Source: a virus. From it: a stretch of DNA of 64,000 nt. The notes beneath the pieces were generated by a model that worked only from the letters and a program-made list of their open reading frames with translations, made no database searches and was not told the DNA's origin. Where the stretch lies: positions 32,001 to 96,000 of IMG/VR virus record IMGVR_UViG_3300045988_146774; one strand, 5' to 3'. A program made the position numbers and the translations under genes. Below are positions 26,732 through 36,054 of the stretch, one piece after another. How positions within the stretch are numbered: the stretch's first letter is position 1; every line of letters begins with the position of its first letter.

Positions 26732-27403
26732 ATGAAAGTATTTGAATTGGCAAAAGAATTAAATGTTACTACAAAAGAATTAATTACATTCTTTAAAGAT
26801 AACGAATATAAAGTATCTAGCCATATGCAAAAACTTGATGATGAGCTGATTGATTTTGCACGTAGTAATTTTGTAAAAAATAAATCTTCAGAAGAGGATG
26901 TTCCGGAAGAAGATAAAAAAATTGAAGTTGAAAAAGCAAACTTAACAAAATCCCATAAGACATTTAAACCAGATGAAGAAATTCCGTGCAAAAGTGTAAC
27001 ACCTTGGGAATTAAACGCAACTGGTGTAGATAAAAATACAGTTTATCATTGGGAATATTTTGGTGATATTGAATATGTAAAGTATCGTGATTTACAGGCT
27101 CTTAGAAGAACCGAATATGTAACAAGACCAGCTTTTATAATCTTGGATGAAGATATCGTAAGTCAGTGGAAACGTGAACTTGGAGATAAATATAAATATT
27201 TCAAATCAATTGATTATCCAGAAGAATATTTTGATATGAGTGATGATGAATTTGAAACTATGATAAAAGAGGCTCCAAATTGGCTTGGTGAAATTGTAAA
27301 GTCTACTGCGATGACTATGGTTCGTGCAGAAAACTATCCATCTATTAAGAAAATCCGGATTATTGATGATGTCTTAGGTACATGTATTAAAGAATTTATT
27401 TAA
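26732..27403 (+). CDS. hypothetical protein with IF2_N-like N-terminal helix motif
   Basis: 223 aa. MKVFELAKELNVTTKELITFFKDNEYKVSSHMQKLDDE resembles the IF-2 N-terminal motif. Confidence 0.45.
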   Translation: MKVFELAKELNVTTKELITFFKDNEYKVSSHMQKLDDELIDFARSNFVKNKSSEEDVPEEDKKIEVEKANLTKSHKTFKPDEEIPCKSVTPWELNATGVDKNTVYHWEYFGDIEYVKYRDLQALRRTEYVTRPAFIILDEDIVSQWKRELGDKYKYFKSIDYPEEYFDMSDDEFETMIKEAPNWLGEIVKSTAMTMVRAENYPSIKKIRIIDDVLGTCIKEFI

Positions 27404-27414
27404 GGAGGTGTATT

Positions 27415-27873
27415 ATGCCTTCTATTGAATATGACGATGTATATAAAAGAGCACTCGCTAAAATAAATGACTTAGATTTAGCAAATTATACTGAAGAAGA
27501 CTTTAGAGAATACATGAAAGAATGGTTACACTCTGCTATTTCTAAACCATATTTAAGAAAAAAATTTTCTAACTTTTCTTTTGATGACGATTTAGAAGAA
27601 ATCAATTTTTCATTAGTAGATTCAGTTGATGATAATTATGATAGTCAGTTTGTAATTTCTGCTTTAGCAAAAGGATTGATTGTGAATTATTTGCCATCAA
27701 AACTCGAAACAACTGCTAATCTTGCGATCATGATTGGTGGAAAGGAAGAAAAGAAACTTCTCGATACATACTCTAAAAATATAGAAAGGCTCGATAAGCT
27801 TAGAAAGGAATGGGAACTTGAGTTATCAAGACATTCTTATTATTTTAAAGAGTATGGTGATTCAAATGGATAA
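27415..27873 (+). CDS. head-tail joining module protein (hypothetical)
   Basis: 152 aa, AAGGAGG SD. Assigned by position. Confidence 0.45.
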   Translation: MPSIEYDDVYKRALAKINDLDLANYTEEDFREYMKEWLHSAISKPYLRKKFSNFSFDDDLEEINFSLVDSVDDNYDSQFVISALAKGLIVNYLPSKLETTANLAIMIGGKEEKKLLDTYSKNIERLDKLRKEWELELSRHSYYFKEYGDSNG

Positions 27874-28213
27874 AATAATTCATCATAAGTATGGAGAATT
27901 TAAAGATGCTCAAATAGACTATTATCAAGAAAAACTTAGAAAAAAAATATTTTGGCTTATATTATATACAGATTCAAAAACAAAAAATGATTTCGATAAT
28001 ATAGATGTTGTTAAATATCATGAAAATTTATTATTAGAAATTTCTAGTTATAATGGATTGCTAGATTTTCCTGATGATTTTGTCGAAATTATAAACTCAC
28101 TCGAATCAGCATTAAATATTTTAAAGTCAAAAGATTTTAATTTTTATAAATATCGAAAACTTGTATTAGATGCAGGTGCTTTATTAGAGCGTATGAAAGT
28201 TGGTGATGAATAA
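27866..28213 (+). CDS. hypothetical protein
   Basis: ATG at 27866 overlaps the preceding stop (ATGGATAA). The track ORF starts earlier at 27818. Confidence 0.45.
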   Translation: MDKIIHHKYGEFKDAQIDYYQEKLRKKIFWLILYTDSKTKNDFDNIDVVKYHENLLLEISSYNGLLDFPDDFVEIINSLESALNILKSKDFNFYKYRKLVLDAGALLERMKVGDE

Positions 28214-29502
28214 TGTCATCAGTGTACGACTTTTATAAAAGAAAAATGAATATTCCGTCTTCTAGTGGTCACACAAATTTAACGCTTGGAGACAAACTAA
28301 AATCAGATTCAGATAAAGTTATGGAACTAACTTGGAATAACGATATTCAAGCGAAAAGATGTTATATTTATGATTATCTTCATGATGATCAGCCAGAGAA
28401 AAATATTGGAATGACATATGAAAATACGACTAAAACTGCTATCGATGCAAAAATTTTAATATCAACTTATGGTTCTATTTCAAAAGATCTTCCAACTTTG
28501 CAATGTCAATTCAAACCAAGTCAGAAAGAAAATTTTACAGAAGATGATGAATTATTCTATATGGAAACATATAGGAAGAAATATCATTTAGATGATATTT
28601 TTGTAGGAATGTATCTTGACGTTCCGGATAAAAGGGGCGTTTATCATAGACATCTGATATGTATGAAAGATGTTGAGCAAAATTTTCAGAAGTATTTTAT
28701 TTTGCCATGTGACCACAAGCTTCAGTGGATACAGCAAAAAGGGGAAGTAAGATACAAAAGAAATATGTGGTGTGTCTTAAGAACACAGAGTTCGTACAAT
28801 TCAGGAATTTGGACTGATAGATATTTCTCAGACCAACAAAATCAGGAATTATTATTTATTCCAACGAATGATGTATCTGATACTATTACATACATTTCTG
28901 AAAAAAATGATAAAAATCAAAGAATTATTCTTGATGTTCCTAATTATTCAATTGATAATTGGACTCCTAATACATGGATTGTATCCAAGGTAGAACGGAT
29001 TAATATCAAAGGAAGAACAAAACTTACTTTATATCAAACTCCGTTTAATAGTCACGTAGATTATATCGAAAAGGATAATAATGGAATTATTGTTGGCATG
29101 TGGGCAAATTATTTTGACTCAAACATTTCTCCGTCAGATCCAGATGATATATCTACTCCTCTTCCGTCTCCTGGAACAAATGTAATAGCAGACATTACGG
29201 CATCATCTTACTCTATAAAAGTTGGAGGAACTTATAAAACTATCACATTGAATTTATCTGATGATTCGAAAGATATAACAAAAGATTTCGAAGAAGCTCA
29301 ATTTGAATGGAGATTTCTTGTTGGGTCTATTGACATTAAAGATTTTATTATTAAAAAGGATATTTCTTTTAACAAACTTAAAATCAAATTTATTGATGAT
29401 CCAAAATATATTGGAGAAATAATGACAATTTCTTGTGAGATTTTTAGAGAAGATATTGGATACATTCATAGTAATAAATGTCAAATAGAAATTACAAGTT
29501 AG
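28213..29502 (+). CDS. structural-module hypothetical protein
   Basis: 429 aa, ATGA start/stop overlap with the preceding gene. Confidence 0.5.
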   Translation: MSSVYDFYKRKMNIPSSSGHTNLTLGDKLKSDSDKVMELTWNNDIQAKRCYIYDYLHDDQPEKNIGMTYENTTKTAIDAKILISTYGSISKDLPTLQCQFKPSQKENFTEDDELFYMETYRKKYHLDDIFVGMYLDVPDKRGVYHRHLICMKDVEQNFQKYFILPCDHKLQWIQQKGEVRYKRNMWCVLRTQSSYNSGIWTDRYFSDQQNQELLFIPTNDVSDTITYISEKNDKNQRIILDVPNYSIDNWTPNTWIVSKVERINIKGRTKLTLYQTPFNSHVDYIEKDNNGIIVGMWANYFDSNISPSDPDDISTPLPSPGTNVIADITASSYSIKVGGTYKTITLNLSDDSKDITKDFEEAQFEWRFLVGSIDIKDFIIKKDISFNKLKIKFIDDPKYIGEIMTISCEIFREDIGYIHSNKCQIEITS

Positions 29503-29514
29503 GAGGTTTATATA

Positions 29515-30147
29515 ATGAAAATGATTTCAAAAACGGATCTCCTTGATAAGCTTAAGGCGTATATAAAAACACCAGACAATGACACTATTCGCTATAAGAA
29601 AAAAATAGAGAAAATGTTAATGTGTTGCCCCGAATTATTATATGCGTTAAATGAAAAGAAATTAGAATCAGAATTATTTGATGAAGATGGGAATTTGAAA
29701 TGGGACGCTGAAACAGGAGAACCATTAGGAGAATGGGATAAGTATTTTGGAAGTGATTCCAATATACGCCCGTTTTTATTTATACCTGATACACAGACAG
29801 AAGCAAAACATTATGTGTGCTATCAAGTAGGTTTTACAAATACTCCAAAATATAACACTATTGAAAAATACAACACTATTACTTTTACTATTTTTGTGCA
29901 TGGTGATGACCGTATAGACAAACTTACCGGCATTCCAAGACATGATTTGATCGCTGCAATTATACAGGAACAAATTAATTGGACAAATCTATTTGGAACG
30001 AAATGCAAAATTGTTTCAGACAAAGAAAGTATGACAGATACGGATTATATTGTTAGAACTTTTGTGTTAGAAACCGTGTCCATGAACTCTATTACCAAAA
30101 CAGAAAATGGCTCAACGAAAATTGTTAATAATATCGGTAAAATATAA
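29515..30147 (+). CDS. structural-module hypothetical protein
   Basis: 210 aa, TAGGAGG SD. Confidence 0.5.
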   Translation: MKMISKTDLLDKLKAYIKTPDNDTIRYKKKIEKMLMCCPELLYALNEKKLESELFDEDGNLKWDAETGEPLGEWDKYFGSDSNIRPFLFIPDTQTEAKHYVCYQVGFTNTPKYNTIEKYNTITFTIFVHGDDRIDKLTGIPRHDLIAAIIQEQINWTNLFGTKCKIVSDKESMTDTDYIVRTFVLETVSMNSITKTENGSTKIVNNIGKI

Positions 30148-30956
30148 TGAATGACAATTTTGAATCTATATATGATTTTGATGAGCTTAAAATGTTTTTT
30201 GGAAAAGATTATTGGGTTACAGATAAAATAAAAATATCTCAACCGACAATAGGACAAATAGTTGATTTCGGAGATGCAGATTTTTATTCAGTCGTGAATA
30301 AATTATGTGCCAATCCAACATCATATCGGCTATTTTTATGGAAGAATGGAATTGATTGGAACGAGCTAACAGAATATCAATTATTCTGTTTTTTAATTAA
30401 AACAATTACGCCAGATCAATCATACTTATTGTTTGGAGATTTGAATTTATCATGGTTTGAAGTAATACATGATTCAGAAAAACAGGCAGATATTTTAATA
30501 TATGTTCCAAGAAATGAAAATGGTGAGGTTCAGAATTTTGATTATGACGAAGCAATCATAATTGATGAATTTGTATATACAAAAATAGTGAATTATATAA
30601 GGTGTATGTTTAATATATATCCCAAAGTCGAGCGAGCAAAAAATAAAGCAACAAAAGAAGCTATGATTTGGGAAGAAGAAGAAAAATTAAAATTACAAGA
30701 ATTAAAAAAAGAAAAAGAAGATAGAAAAAAATCTTTTTTATTGCCACTTATATCGTCACTTGTCAATCATCCTGGCTTTAAATATAAAACAAATGAGTTA
30801 GAAAACATTGGAATTGTACAATTTATGGATTCGGTTAAACGTTTGTCTATATATGAAAATGCCATTGCTCTTTTGCATGGAAGTTTTAGCGGTATGATAG
30901 ACGTTAGTGGCATAGATAAAAGTGCATTTGATTGGATGAGAGATCTCAACAAATAG
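30147..30956 (+). CDS. structural-module hypothetical protein
   Basis: 269 aa, ATAATGA overlap with the preceding gene. Confidence 0.5.
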   Translation: MNDNFESIYDFDELKMFFGKDYWVTDKIKISQPTIGQIVDFGDADFYSVVNKLCANPTSYRLFLWKNGIDWNELTEYQLFCFLIKTITPDQSYLLFGDLNLSWFEVIHDSEKQADILIYVPRNENGEVQNFDYDEAIIIDEFVYTKIVNYIRCMFNIYPKVERAKNKATKEAMIWEEEEKLKLQELKKEKEDRKKSFLLPLISSLVNHPGFKYKTNELENIGIVQFMDSVKRLSIYENAIALLHGSFSGMIDVSGIDKSAFDWMRDLNK

Positions 30957-30971
30957 TTGAGGTCTTTTTTA
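30941..30971 (+). terminator. rho-independent terminator
   Basis: AGATCTCAA/TTGAGGTCT 9-bp stem (stop codon in the loop) followed by T6. Confidence 0.6.
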
Positions 30972-31002
30972 TTGCAAAAAAATAATTAAGGAGGAAATTA
31001 TA

Positions 31003-31800
31003 ATGGCTTTTAAATTAGATGATATCGTAATCGACCGTATTCAGATTGCTATTGCTGAGAAAACAGATGGAACACCACTGTATACTCTGACACAGCTTTC
31101 AGAAGCAACGATTGAGACAACAGCAGAATCAAAAGAAGCTAAATCAGCAGAAGGTTCGCTGATTAAGAAATTCTATCAGGGTAAGGCTGGTACATTTACA
31201 GCTAAAAATGCAATGATTAACCTTAATGTTATTGGTGCTGCTTCTGGTAATGATAAGATTGTTGCTGATACAAGTAATATGATTCAGATGCCGAAAATTG
31301 TCATTGTTAAGAAAGGACAGACAAGCATTAAGCTTGTAGACGGTACAAATCAGACACTTGTGACTGGAACAGTAAAAGTAAATGCTCTTGGAAACAACGG
31401 TGCTATGGGAAAATCTTACAAACTTGGTTCCGGTGAAGCTAGTGCAACAGATTTTAAACTTGAAGGAGACGTATTAACACTTCCTGTAGATGATACAGCA
31501 GATCGTTTTGTAGTTAAATTTGAAAGAAAAGTTGCTAACGCTGTAAAAGTGCTTAATGCATCTGATAAGTTCCCTGGAACTGTAAAACTTACTCTTAAGG
31601 CACTCGCAGTTGATCCTTGTGAGCCAGACACATTAAGAGCTTGCTATATTATTATTCCATCATTCCAGGTATCTCCTGAGTTGAGTATTACTTTATCAAC
31701 AGAAGGAACTCTGGATTATAAGGGTGATATGCAGATTTCTTACTGTTCAGCAGACAAAGAACTGTATAGTGTAGTAATGTGCGGAGACGATGAGGAGTAA
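31003..31800 (+). CDS. major tail (tube) protein, by position and expression signals
   Basis: 265 aa, AAGGAGG SD, flanked by terminators. The sequence is Ala/Thr/Gly-rich and looks beta-type. Confidence 0.5.
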   Translation: MAFKLDDIVIDRIQIAIAEKTDGTPLYTLTQLSEATIETTAESKEAKSAEGSLIKKFYQGKAGTFTAKNAMINLNVIGAASGNDKIVADTSNMIQMPKIVIVKKGQTSIKLVDGTNQTLVTGTVKVNALGNNGAMGKSYKLGSGEASATDFKLEGDVLTLPVDDTADRFVVKFERKVANAVKVLNASDKFPGTVKLTLKALAVDPCEPDTLRACYIIIPSFQVSPELSITLSTEGTLDYKGDMQISYCSADKELYSVVMCGDDEE

Positions 31801-31804
31801 TCTT

Positions 31805-31838
31805 GGAGACATAATATTTATGTCTCCTCTTTAATTGG
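31805..31838 (+). terminator. hairpin terminator (3' arm ends in the motif variant CTCCTCTTTA)
   Basis: GGAGACAT/ATGTCTCC stem followed by TCTTTAATT. Confidence 0.45.
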
Positions 31839-31846
31839 AGGATTAA

Positions 31847-32203
31847 ATGAGTACAAAAAATAATAGAACGTGCTGCATTTGTCGAAAGATATACTCGTAC
31901 TGTCCAGTATGCAATTCAGAAGATTATAACAAACCTACATGGTATTTTATTTTCCATGATGAGAATTGTAAAAAAATCTATGAAGTTTGTACAGATTATA
32001 GAGATAAAAAAATTTCTCCAAAAGAAGCATTTGATAAATTATCAAAGCTAGATCTTTCTGATTTAGATAATTTTGAAAAAGTTACAAAGAAACAGATCGA
32101 AGAGATTTTTAACTCTCAAAAATCTGCCACAAAAAACACTGCATCAAAAAAGTCAAAAATTGATACCAGTGCAGCAAAAGAAAATAATAAGCCAGTAAAT
32201 TAA
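31847..32203 (+). CDS. zinc-ribbon hypothetical protein
   Basis: 118 aa. CCICRK...CPVC and ...HDENC motifs. Confidence 0.5.
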   Translation: MSTKNNRTCCICRKIYSYCPVCNSEDYNKPTWYFIFHDENCKKIYEVCTDYRDKKISPKEAFDKLSKLDLSDLDNFEKVTKKQIEEIFNSQKSATKNTASKKSKIDTSAAKENNKPVN

Positions 32204-32209
32204 TTATAT

Positions 32210-32249
32210 AGGGAATATATCAATTATGCTGGTATGTTCCCTATTTTTT
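32210..32249 (+). terminator. rho-independent terminator
   Basis: AGGGAA...TTCCCT stem followed by ATTTTTT. Confidence 0.5.
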
Positions 32250-32277
32250 ACGCTTAATAAGGATTGAAAGGATTAAT

Positions 32278-32505
32278 ATGGATTTTGAAATTAGTAAAAT
32301 TAATGGTAAGAAATATCTTCTCAAAGATGTGTGTAGAATAAAAGATCCGAAGCAATATAAGTTGTATATTAAGCATGATGTATATCCTATTGATATGTAT
32401 ACAACTCTTGATATGGATACAGGCGAAGATAAACTAATAATGTTGTTTTCAAGAGAAGAAAGTAGACCATTATATCTATTATGGAAGAATCATGAATTAA
32501 AATGA
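32278..32505 (+). CDS. hypothetical protein
   Basis: 75 aa. Its TGA stop overlaps the next ATG (ATGA). Confidence 0.45.
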   Translation: MDFEISKINGKKYLLKDVCRIKDPKQYKLYIKHDVYPIDMYTTLDMDTGEDKLIMLFSREESRPLYLLWKNHELK

Positions 32506-32741
32506 AAAAATACAAAGAAAAAGAGAGTAAAAAATATGTAATCGCAGATTTATCAGAAAAGACAAATTACCTTTTTTCTAATAGAAATGGGAATTATAGT
32601 TTTATTGATAATATTGCAGCGTGTACAAAATTTTTAAATAAAACTATTGCAGAAGACTTATGCAACGAATGTATGAGAAATTGCGGTGTGCAATTAGTTG
32701 TTGTGCCTCTGTTGATTACATACGAGCTGATAGAGGAATAG
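32502..32741 (+). CDS. hypothetical protein
   Basis: 79 aa, translationally coupled to the preceding ORF. Confidence 0.45.
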   Translation: MKKYKEKESKKYVIADLSEKTNYLFSNRNGNYSFIDNIAACTKFLNKTIAEDLCNECMRNCGVQLVVVPLLITYELIEE

Positions 32742-32832
32742 GTTGCTAAAGACAATTAACATAAAAGTAAATGACATACCTGTGAGGACGAATTGGATGT
32801 GAACAAAGAACAATAGTCAGGAAGGTCTACTA

Positions 32833-32842
32833 CTCTCCTATT
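32833..32842 (+). promoter_or_regulatory. CTCTYCTATT motif copy
   Basis: Exact CTCTCCTATT, 16 nt before the holin start codon. Confidence 0.5.
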
Positions 32843-32857
32843 CAGATTGGAGAAATT

Positions 32858-33160
32858 ATGAAAAAATTGAATTTAAAAGGTGTTACATCTGAAGCGGTAG
32901 CCGGTGTATTAATTTTAATCGTAGCACTTGTAAATGCCGTGTTACAAATGTTTGGATATAATACGCTTCCGATTGCTGATGCTGATGTTTCAGAAATTGT
33001 TTCTACTGTATTCTTAATTGGGGCTACATTATATAATACATGGAAAAACCGCAATATAAGTTCTGCTAGTCAGACAGGTCAGAAAGTTGTAGATGCGATT
33101 AAATCTGGAGAATTGCTTGCTGATGAAGTAGAAGAATTATTGGCGAAAGTTCGTAAGTAG
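32858..33160 (+). CDS. holin (SPP1 / phi-LC3 / XhlB-like family)
   Basis: 100 aa, two TM segments. The TWKNRNISSAS motif after TM2 matches the (W)KNN-x-T/S signature of this holin family. Confidence 0.65.
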   Translation: MKKLNLKGVTSEAVAGVLILIVALVNAVLQMFGYNTLPIADADVSEIVSTVFLIGATLYNTWKNRNISSASQTGQKVVDAIKSGELLADEVEELLAKVRK

Positions 33161-33183
33161 TCAGAAAGGTATGGTGCTTATGA

Positions 33184-33786
33184 ATGGATGCAATCAGACC
33201 AATTATGGAAATTGATTATGTTAAATTAATTACACAATTATGTTTAATTATTATTGGACTTAATTATTTCATACCTATTTGTAAAAATCTGTTTTTTAAA
33301 ATACTTGGAATTGAAACAAAATTTCAACGTGAAAAGAAAGAACAAAAAAATTTACTAGAAGAAACTGTGCAGAAAGTAACAGAATTAAGTGATAAATTTA
33401 ATAAAGCTTCAAATAATACAGATCATTTGTTTGAAGAAAAATTGGTTAAATTTTATACTCCGTACAGGCAACAGTCTATGGACATTCAGAAAGATTTGAA
33501 AGAATCTATAGATCTTTTAACAAAAGCAGATATTACAAGATCAGAACAAATTGAGTCTTTGATGGTTGGCACAAAGGAGTTGCTAGGAGATACCATAGAT
33601 AAAAAGTATGAAAAATATATCCGTTTAAAAGGTATCCCTTCTGATGAAGTTGACGAATTTAATTCTGTTTACGAGGCATATCGGAAGCTTAAGGGCAATC
33701 ACAACAGAGAGAAAAAGTATAATTATGTAACAAATAATTTACCAATTATACCAGTAACAACTTTATATAATAATGATCAAGAATAA
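33184..33786 (+). CDS. membrane-anchored coiled-coil protein
   Basis: 200 aa, N-terminal TM (ITQLCLIIIGLNYFIPI). Adjacent to the holin. Function unknown. Confidence 0.45.
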   Translation: MDAIRPIMEIDYVKLITQLCLIIIGLNYFIPICKNLFFKILGIETKFQREKKEQKNLLEETVQKVTELSDKFNKASNNTDHLFEEKLVKFYTPYRQQSMDIQKDLKESIDLLTKADITRSEQIESLMVGTKELLGDTIDKKYEKYIRLKGIPSDEVDEFNSVYEAYRKLKGNHNREKKYNYVTNNLPIIPVTTLYNNDQE

Positions 33787-33952
33787 ACTAACAATGAATG
33801 ACCGGTTTCAAGCGAAGCCGGTCAATTAAATGTCTTTGCCATATATGTTCAGTCATATGGCAAGGGCATTTTTAATTGGGGAGTAGACCAGACTGAACAC
33901 TACTCTCCTGCTCTTATGAAAGGAATGATAAATTATTAAATTAACTTTAGAT

Positions 33953-34363
33953 ATGGATGTTATAGATAAATATAATGCATATTATTTTTCTCAACATCCA
34001 AGGGCAAAAAAGAAACAAATAGAACATCCGTACCATCCGTCAATAAATGTTTGGAGTATAAAACCGAGAATACAAATGAACGCATTAAAACAAACTTGGA
34101 AGCAATTTATAATGTGGTGGATAAAAGATTTAGGTTATGAAAATCTTGGGTTAGACAATGTTGAAATTGAATATGACATTTATCATCCTACAAAACGAAG
34201 GACTGATCCAGATAATTATTCACCAAAATTTATACATGATGGATTTGTTGAATCTGGTTTTTTAGTAGATGATGACAGAGAACATTTACATAGTTTGACT
34301 ATCCGATGTCATGTGGATAAAGATAATCCAAGGACAGAAATAAATATTATAGAAAAGAAATAG
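33953..34363 (+). CDS. rusA: RusA-like Holliday junction resolvase
   Basis: 136 aa. RRTDPDNYSPKFIHDGFVESGFLVDDDREH matches the RusA D-x-DN...K...D...DD pattern. Confidence 0.55.
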   Translation: MDVIDKYNAYYFSQHPRAKKKQIEHPYHPSINVWSIKPRIQMNALKQTWKQFIMWWIKDLGYENLGLDNVEIEYDIYHPTKRRTDPDNYSPKFIHDGFVESGFLVDDDREHLHSLTIRCHVDKDNPRTEINIIEKK

Positions 34364-34377
34364 ATAACTGTTTACTT

Positions 34378-34387
34378 CTCTTCTATT
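34378..34387 (+). promoter_or_regulatory. CTCTYCTATT motif copy
   Basis: Exact CTCTTCTATT, 15 nt after the rusA-like stop and 52 nt before the next start. Confidence 0.5.
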
Positions 34388-34438
34388 TGGTGATACTCTA
34401 AGAATACAAAATCATAAAGTATTCAAGGAGGTCTTACT

Positions 34439-34789
34439 ATGGCAAGAGGCAAACGTAAGGTTGCGGAAAGAGATTATGAAAAACTAATTTCTTCGACAAA
34501 AGAATGTATTGAGAAACTTGAAACGAAATCTGTAGAGATTAGAGAAGAATTAAAATCTAAAAAAGATGAATTAAAAAAGCTCGAAAAGGATTTCAAAAGT
34601 TATAAGATTCAGAAAGCCGAAGAAGAAAAGCGTCAACAGACACAAGAACTTGCCAAATTACTCATGGAGTCTTGTTTGAGTTTAGACGAAATTAAAGAAA
34701 AACTTGTTAAGAATACTAAAAAGAAAACAGAAAAAGCAGAAAACGTTAAGTCTGTTGAGAAAACAGATGAACAAAAAGAAACTGCATAG
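34439..34789 (+). CDS. Lys/Glu-rich coiled-coil protein
   Basis: 116 aa, AAGGAGG SD. Confidence 0.5.
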   Translation: MARGKRKVAERDYEKLISSTKECIEKLETKSVEIREELKSKKDELKKLEKDFKSYKIQKAEEEKRQQTQELAKLLMESCLSLDEIKEKLVKNTKKKTEKAENVKSVEKTDEQKETA

Positions 34790-34871
34790 ATATAGAGAAT
34801 ATATAAGAGTCTGGAAACAGGCTCTTATTTTTGTGTAGAAAATTATGGAATAAAAGGAGATTGAATATTTT

Positions 34872-35522
34872 ATGAAAAAGACAGAACTGAAAATCAAAGA
34901 TATCATTACACTCAAAGACAAGATTCGTGCAATCGAGGCAATTTCAGATTCTTGTTTTGTAGATGGGGATTACACTCCTTACTTCTTAGAAAGTAATACC
35001 ATTGAATATATGGCTATTTATTTTATTGAAGGATTTGAATTAGAAGCCGGTGATGATTTATATAGTCTTATTATGGGTGATTCAGAATTCAATTCTCTCA
35101 TCATGAAATTTTTCTGGAATGAAGATTTGACCGATGAAGAAAATCAGAAAAATATGGAATACATTTCTATTCAGAATTTCGTATCAAAGAATGTCGCCAC
35201 AATTGTCGATTATAGAAAACAGCGAATGATTCATTGTGCTGATATTAAAGAGAATCTTTTCAAATCATTAGATGAAATTGGAGAATCTATCGTGCAGATT
35301 AATGATAACCTTGCTCTCGCTGCTAAACCAGTTTTAGAGAATCCATATTTTGCTAAGAAAGCAATTAGTGTTTTAAGTAAACTGGATGCAAAAGATGTTG
35401 TTAATAAAGAAGCGATTGTTGATATTGTAATGGATGTTGCAAAGAAAAGTGGTGCTTTTAGAAAACCGAAAAATCCGAAAAAAGACTTGCATGTTGTTGA
35501 AAATGAACAGAAAACAAAATAG
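34872..35522 (+). CDS. hypothetical protein (possible tail chaperone by position)
   Basis: 216 aa, AAAGGAGA SD. Confidence 0.45.
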   Translation: MKKTELKIKDIITLKDKIRAIEAISDSCFVDGDYTPYFLESNTIEYMAIYFIEGFELEAGDDLYSLIMGDSEFNSLIMKFFWNEDLTDEENQKNMEYISIQNFVSKNVATIVDYRKQRMIHCADIKENLFKSLDEIGESIVQINDNLALAAKPVLENPYFAKKAISVLSKLDAKDVVNKEAIVDIVMDVAKKSGAFRKPKNPKKDLHVVENEQKTK

Positions 35523-35534
35523 ATAAAATGTTTA

Positions 35535-35569
35535 AATCCTCTGGCAGTTATATGTCAGGGGATTTTTTA
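35535..35569 (+). terminator. rho-independent terminator
   Basis: AATCCTCTG/CAGGGGATT 9-bp stem followed by T5. Confidence 0.6.
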
Positions 35570-35581
35570 ATTTGAGGTGAT

Positions 35582-36043
35582 ATGATGGGAAACCCATTTT
35601 TTGAGATTGCTAATAAACTGAGAAAAGCACCGAACGAAATATGTAATATAGCAATTCCAAAATTACAACCGGATGCAGATCAATCATTGCAAAGGGCTAT
35701 AGATAATTATTATAGCTTTTGGGGTGGAGTTATGTATTCACGAACAGGTAATTTTAGAAACTGGACTGCGAAATTACAACATAACGGCGGTGGAAATTGT
35801 TCATTAATTTTAGATAATGGAGCCATGAGCGATTATCATTCAATTATTGGTGGGAGTCCATTGACACAAGAAGGCGCAATGCAACTTATGTTCAAGGGTG
35901 GTGAACATGGTCATGGAAGATTCCAAGCCGGTGTTTCTACTCCACCTCATGATTTAGTAGAACGAGATGTTCAAAGTGGATTTAATGGAAAATTATCAAT
36001 TTATATAAACCAGGCGATTGATCAAGTCCTGGGTAGTTTATAG
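35582..36043 (+). CDS. hypothetical protein
   Basis: 153 aa, GAGGTGA SD. Confidence 0.5.
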   Translation: MMGNPFFEIANKLRKAPNEICNIAIPKLQPDADQSLQRAIDNYYSFWGGVMYSRTGNFRNWTAKLQHNGGGNCSLILDNGAMSDYHSIIGGSPLTQEGAMQLMFKGGEHGHGRFQAGVSTPPHDLVERDVQSGFNGKLSIYINQAIDQVLGSL

Positions 36044-36054
36044 GAGGTGATCGT

